From the NCBI GenBank assembly GCA_040377305.1, contig JBEIPA010000025.1, forward strand, positions 12,290 to 76,289: a stretch of 64,000 nt of DNA. Reading direction: 5' to 3'. The stretch's first letter is position 1, and every line of letters starts with the position of its first letter. Shown here piece by piece: positions 61,105 through 64,000 of this stretch. The DNA is from Flavobacteriales bacterium (lineage in GTDB: Bacteria; Bacteroidota; Bacteroidia; Palsa-965). The notes under the pieces were generated by a model. It was not told where the DNA came from, searched no databases, and was given only the letters and a program-made list of their open reading frames with translations. The translations under genes were made by a program, and so were the position numbers.

Positions 61105-63246
61105 TTATTTCGAAATTCCCCACGACGCCGTGAGCATCGCATACCGTCCTGGTGCTACCCCACTCACCTGCTGAACCATTCCGTGAGCATCGTTGCGCGC
61201 GAAATAAATATTTTGATTGAACAAATCATTCACCGCAAGACGCACAGTGAAGCGTGCTTCTGGTTTCAACCACTCGAGGTTCGAGCTGACATAGAAGAAT
61301 GTTTTCTCGTCTGTTTGCTCCGGTCCGGTGAAGTGAACCGCATTGCAGATTACGTAAAACCTCAGCTGATCGAAAAACTTCACGTCGAACCAAAAGCTTG
61401 CATCGAAAGACTGAAAGGTACGTGTGAATAGTTTCTCGCTGGTGTAATCGGCGTGCACGAGCGTATATCCTCCGTATAATTTCATGACGATGTTTTTCCC
61501 GGGTTGATACGCGCATGACATGTGCGCACGCACGGTTTGGTTGTTCAACGTTCGCAATGTATCGCTGAGTGTGTAATAGTAACGCAACCAATCGTGTCCG
61601 ACTATACTTGTAAGTGTGAGCGACGGAAAAAGTTGACGGGACAAATGTATAATGGTGTTTGTGTTGAGCACATAAGGCAGGTTCACCGGACTCGCAAACA
61701 GAATGCCCGCAGAATCGGGTTGCATAATCCACATGACTGGATTCTTGCTGTGACTGATCAAGCCATCAATCGTAACGCTGTGCCGATACTTGACAGTTGA
61801 ATCTCTGCGCGAAGTAATCGTCTTGTAGAAACCTCTTTCCAGCGAAAGTTCATTCTTCCTTCCGAATCCCAAAGTAGGATTGCCATACTCGATATATGCC
61901 GGATTTCTCCAATCGGGATTCGGCAGGAGGTTCACAGCCGCGGGCGATAACATAGTCGAGGTGAATTCTCCCTGTATTTTTTTAAAGATGAACTTCACGC
62001 GCGGAAGTAACATGAACTTTCGCTTCGAAATTGTTTCACCCGATTCATGACGTACGGCAATTTCAGTCGACTGACCAGTCAGTGTGAATCCGATATGCTT
62101 GTACCAGTAAGTCCACATAGAGACGACCTGTTTTGTTGTCAACACAGCGTTTATATACAGTTCGTCTTCTGAATTTTCGCCGGTACCATCGATACGCGTT
62201 GCGCTCTGCATCCACGGTTGCTCTGAATAAGTCGCACCGAACACAAAATCAATTTCTATCTCCGGCCTTTTGATCCTCACCAATTCAGACATCGACAACG
62301 TTGCGGAAACTTCGTTTGTTGGCTGGGATGAATTGATGAAATAAATGCGATCGCTTCCGGGTGTGACTGAACCAATATCCGGCACCAAATCAGTACGCGT
62401 GTACAGATGCGAATTCCCTTGCTGCATGCGGTACGTGTGTGCGAGTCTGAGTCTGATCGATTTTCGTTTGAATGTTGGTCCATCATTCTTATCGAAGCGC
62501 ACCCACGGCAGCCACAACTTATCCAGACTCGCGCTGTTCACCCAATCAACTTTGTTACTGATATCGCGGTTCGATGCCTCAGCTATAAATCCCCACGGTT
62601 TTCCACTTGTGGTATCGGTATAACGGTTCAGCAGTGTGATGTCCTGAGATTCTTCGGACAAAGCCGATTTGAATTTGATGATGGAATTATCACCACTGGC
62701 TGGATATTTAAAATCAAGCTCAATGTTTTTTCGTTCGGTGATCATGCCACCCGTATGCGTTGAGTTGATCGTTCGGAAATCGCTACCCGTAAAAACCTGT
62801 CTTTGTACAGCAAAACCAACCGAGTCGTCTGTCCATCGATACGAGCCTGATAAATAGATTTTAATTTTTTCCGTTGGCTCCCACGCTACTACCCCGGAAG
62901 CTTGTTTTGTAAGTCGATTAAGAACCGGCGAGCGGAATGTTTCCGGAAAAGAAGTCGCGGGGTTCATTCCGTAATTGTAATAATGAGTACCGAGACCTCT
63001 ATAAGTGATCACAGAAAAACTGTGCCCTTGTGTCCTGGTGATGGATTGCGCTGCGTCAATCTTATAGCTGATCTTTCTGAAGTGTGCGTGCGTCCAGATT
63101 CCGGCCGAATACAAATTGTCAGTGCCGTACCCACCGCTCAATCCAACAGAATAAGATCTCAACCTCGGTTCGCGTTTCGTTGTATCTGTTTTCTGCGCTG
63201 ATGCAGCGAGCGGCAAAAACAAGATGAGCAAAACAATTAAACGCAT
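61105..63246 (-). CDS. Large outer-membrane beta-barrel (TonB-receptor-like barrel family) lacking a clear plug
   Basis: Signal peptide; GGYGTD, LLP, GNPTL, P.NL, NDLFNQN, RYAMLTASW motifs. Confidence 0.75.
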   Translation of the reverse strand: MRLIVLLILFLPLAASAQKTDTTKREPRLRSYSVGLSGGYGTDNLYSAGIWTHAHFRKISYKIDAAQSITRTQGHSFSVITYRGLGTHYYNYGMNPATSFPETFRSPVLNRLTKQASGVVAWEPTEKIKIYLSGSYRWTDDSVGFAVQRQVFTGSDFRTINSTHTGGMITERKNIELDFKYPASGDNSIIKFKSALSEESQDITLLNRYTDTTSGKPWGFIAEASNRDISNKVDWVNSASLDKLWLPWVRFDKNDGPTFKRKSIRLRLAHTYRMQQGNSHLYTRTDLVPDIGSVTPGSDRIYFINSSQPTNEVSATLSMSELVRIKRPEIEIDFVFGATYSEQPWMQSATRIDGTGENSEDELYINAVLTTKQVVSMWTYWYKHIGFTLTGQSTEIAVRHESGETISKRKFMLLPRVKFIFKKIQGEFTSTMLSPAAVNLLPNPDWRNPAYIEYGNPTLGFGRKNELSLERGFYKTITSRRDSTVKYRHSVTIDGLISHSKNPVMWIMQPDSAGILFASPVNLPYVLNTNTIIHLSRQLFPSLTLTSIVGHDWLRYYYTLSDTLRTLNNQTVRAHMSCAYQPGKNIVMKLYGGYTLVHADYTSEKLFTRTFQSFDASFWFDVKFFDQLRFYVICNAVHFTGPEQTDEKTFFYVSSNLEWLKPEARFTVRLAVNDLFNQNIYFARNDAHGMVQQVSGVAPGRYAMLTASWGISK

Positions 63247-63449
63247 GGGGATGGTTCAGGTGCTAACTCAAAGTCGGTGGAGCATCTGTTTCGTTGCCTG
63301 CCAACGATATTTACAGCTACCTCTGAACGAATATATCCGAACGGGATGGTTTTTCCCTCCTATATCCACAGGTGGTTTAGGGTGATTGATAAGTGGAAGA
63401 AGAGGATCACAAGATGCATCGCTTCGCACCGTGAGATTGATGACGAAAT

Positions 63450-63540
63450 GCAGAAGGCGGGTTAAAACCCACCTTCCTCATGCTACCGCATACGTTCTAT
63501 GCGCATGTCACCGCGGGATGAATCCCGCGGCTGTCATGAC
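63450..63540 (-). repeat. Diverged inverted copy of the 99-bp double-hairpin unit
   Basis: Reverse complement reads TGACAGCCGCGGGATTCATCCCGCGG-N28-CATGAGGAAGGTGGGTTTTAACCCGCCTT. Confidence 0.75.
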
Positions 63541-63622
63541 ATCATTACAGAAGATGAATATTCGCTATCAAGAGTCGTGTGATATCTCGGGATTGCGTGT
63601 GGATGTGTCTGCGATCGAAATC

Positions 63623-64000
63623 AATCTTGACAGCCGTGCGATTTATCGCGCGGATGGCAACGTGAGTAAATAGTATTTGGACATGAGCCTAGGTGGATTT
63701 AACACACCTTTCCAGATGTGGAATCTTGACAGCCGTGCGATTTATCGCGCGGATGACAACGTGAGTAAATATTATTTGGACATGAGCCTAGGTGGATTTA
63801 ACACGCCTTTCCAGATGTGGAATTTTGACAGCCTTGCGATTTATCGGGCGGATGGCAACGTGAGTAAATATTATTTGGACATGAGCCTAGGTGGATTTAA
63901 CACACCTTTCCAGATGTGGAATCTTGACAGCCGTGCGATTTATCGGGCGGATGGCAACGTGAGTAAATATTATTTGGACATGAGCCTAGGTGGATTTAAC
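63623..64000 (+). repeat. 99-bp tandem array, at least 3.8 copies, truncated by the window end
   Basis: Units start at 63623, 63722, 63821 and 63920 and differ by only a few substitutions. Confidence 0.95.

Noticed and set aside
59684-63390. Additional TAGGGTGAT half-sites near 59696 and 63378
   Set aside because: They lack the AGTAGT half and the fixed spacing to a -7 box
63386-63673. 95-aa ORF running into the tandem array
   Set aside because: It crosses palindromic repeats, has no recognisable motif and ends at a copy-specific TAG; coding status unsupported though not fully excluded
63623-64000. CRISPR array
   Set aside because: The whole 99-bp unit repeats; there are no unique spacers and no cas genes in the window

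Overview
64-kb chromosomal window of a free-living Bacteroidota bacterium, judged from gldA, many T9SS C-terminal-domain cargo proteins and TAnnTTTG -7 promoters. It holds housekeeping genes (miaE, dtd, rsgA, gldA, metK, csaA, der, era, katG) interleaved with secreted/T9SS proteins, a propeller-sensor NarX/NarL-type two-component system, a USP/cation-proton antiporter pair, redox and stress genes, and a co-oriented run of small accessory genes that includes an orphan Tdi1-like immunity gene. I see no rRNA, tRNA, CRISPR array, integrase, transposase, reverse transcriptase or phage gene. The most notable signals are non-coding: (i) a 99-bp tandem array of double-hairpin units with a diverged inverted copy showing covariation, running off the right end; (ii) intergenic inverted short-tandem-repeat pairs that each use a different 6-8-nt unit; (iii) a T[CT]ACC-N4-AGTAGT motif at fixed spacing in four promoters; (iv) a palindromic operator shared by ygiD and yceI; (v) many apparently leaderless genes. 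Coding highlights are two SBBP paralogs with swapped T9SS sorting signals (one splitting era-der), a duplicated polyglycine (ALK/LTK-like) domain protein and an orphan CTD relic. All calls come from reading the sequence; no database searches were run.
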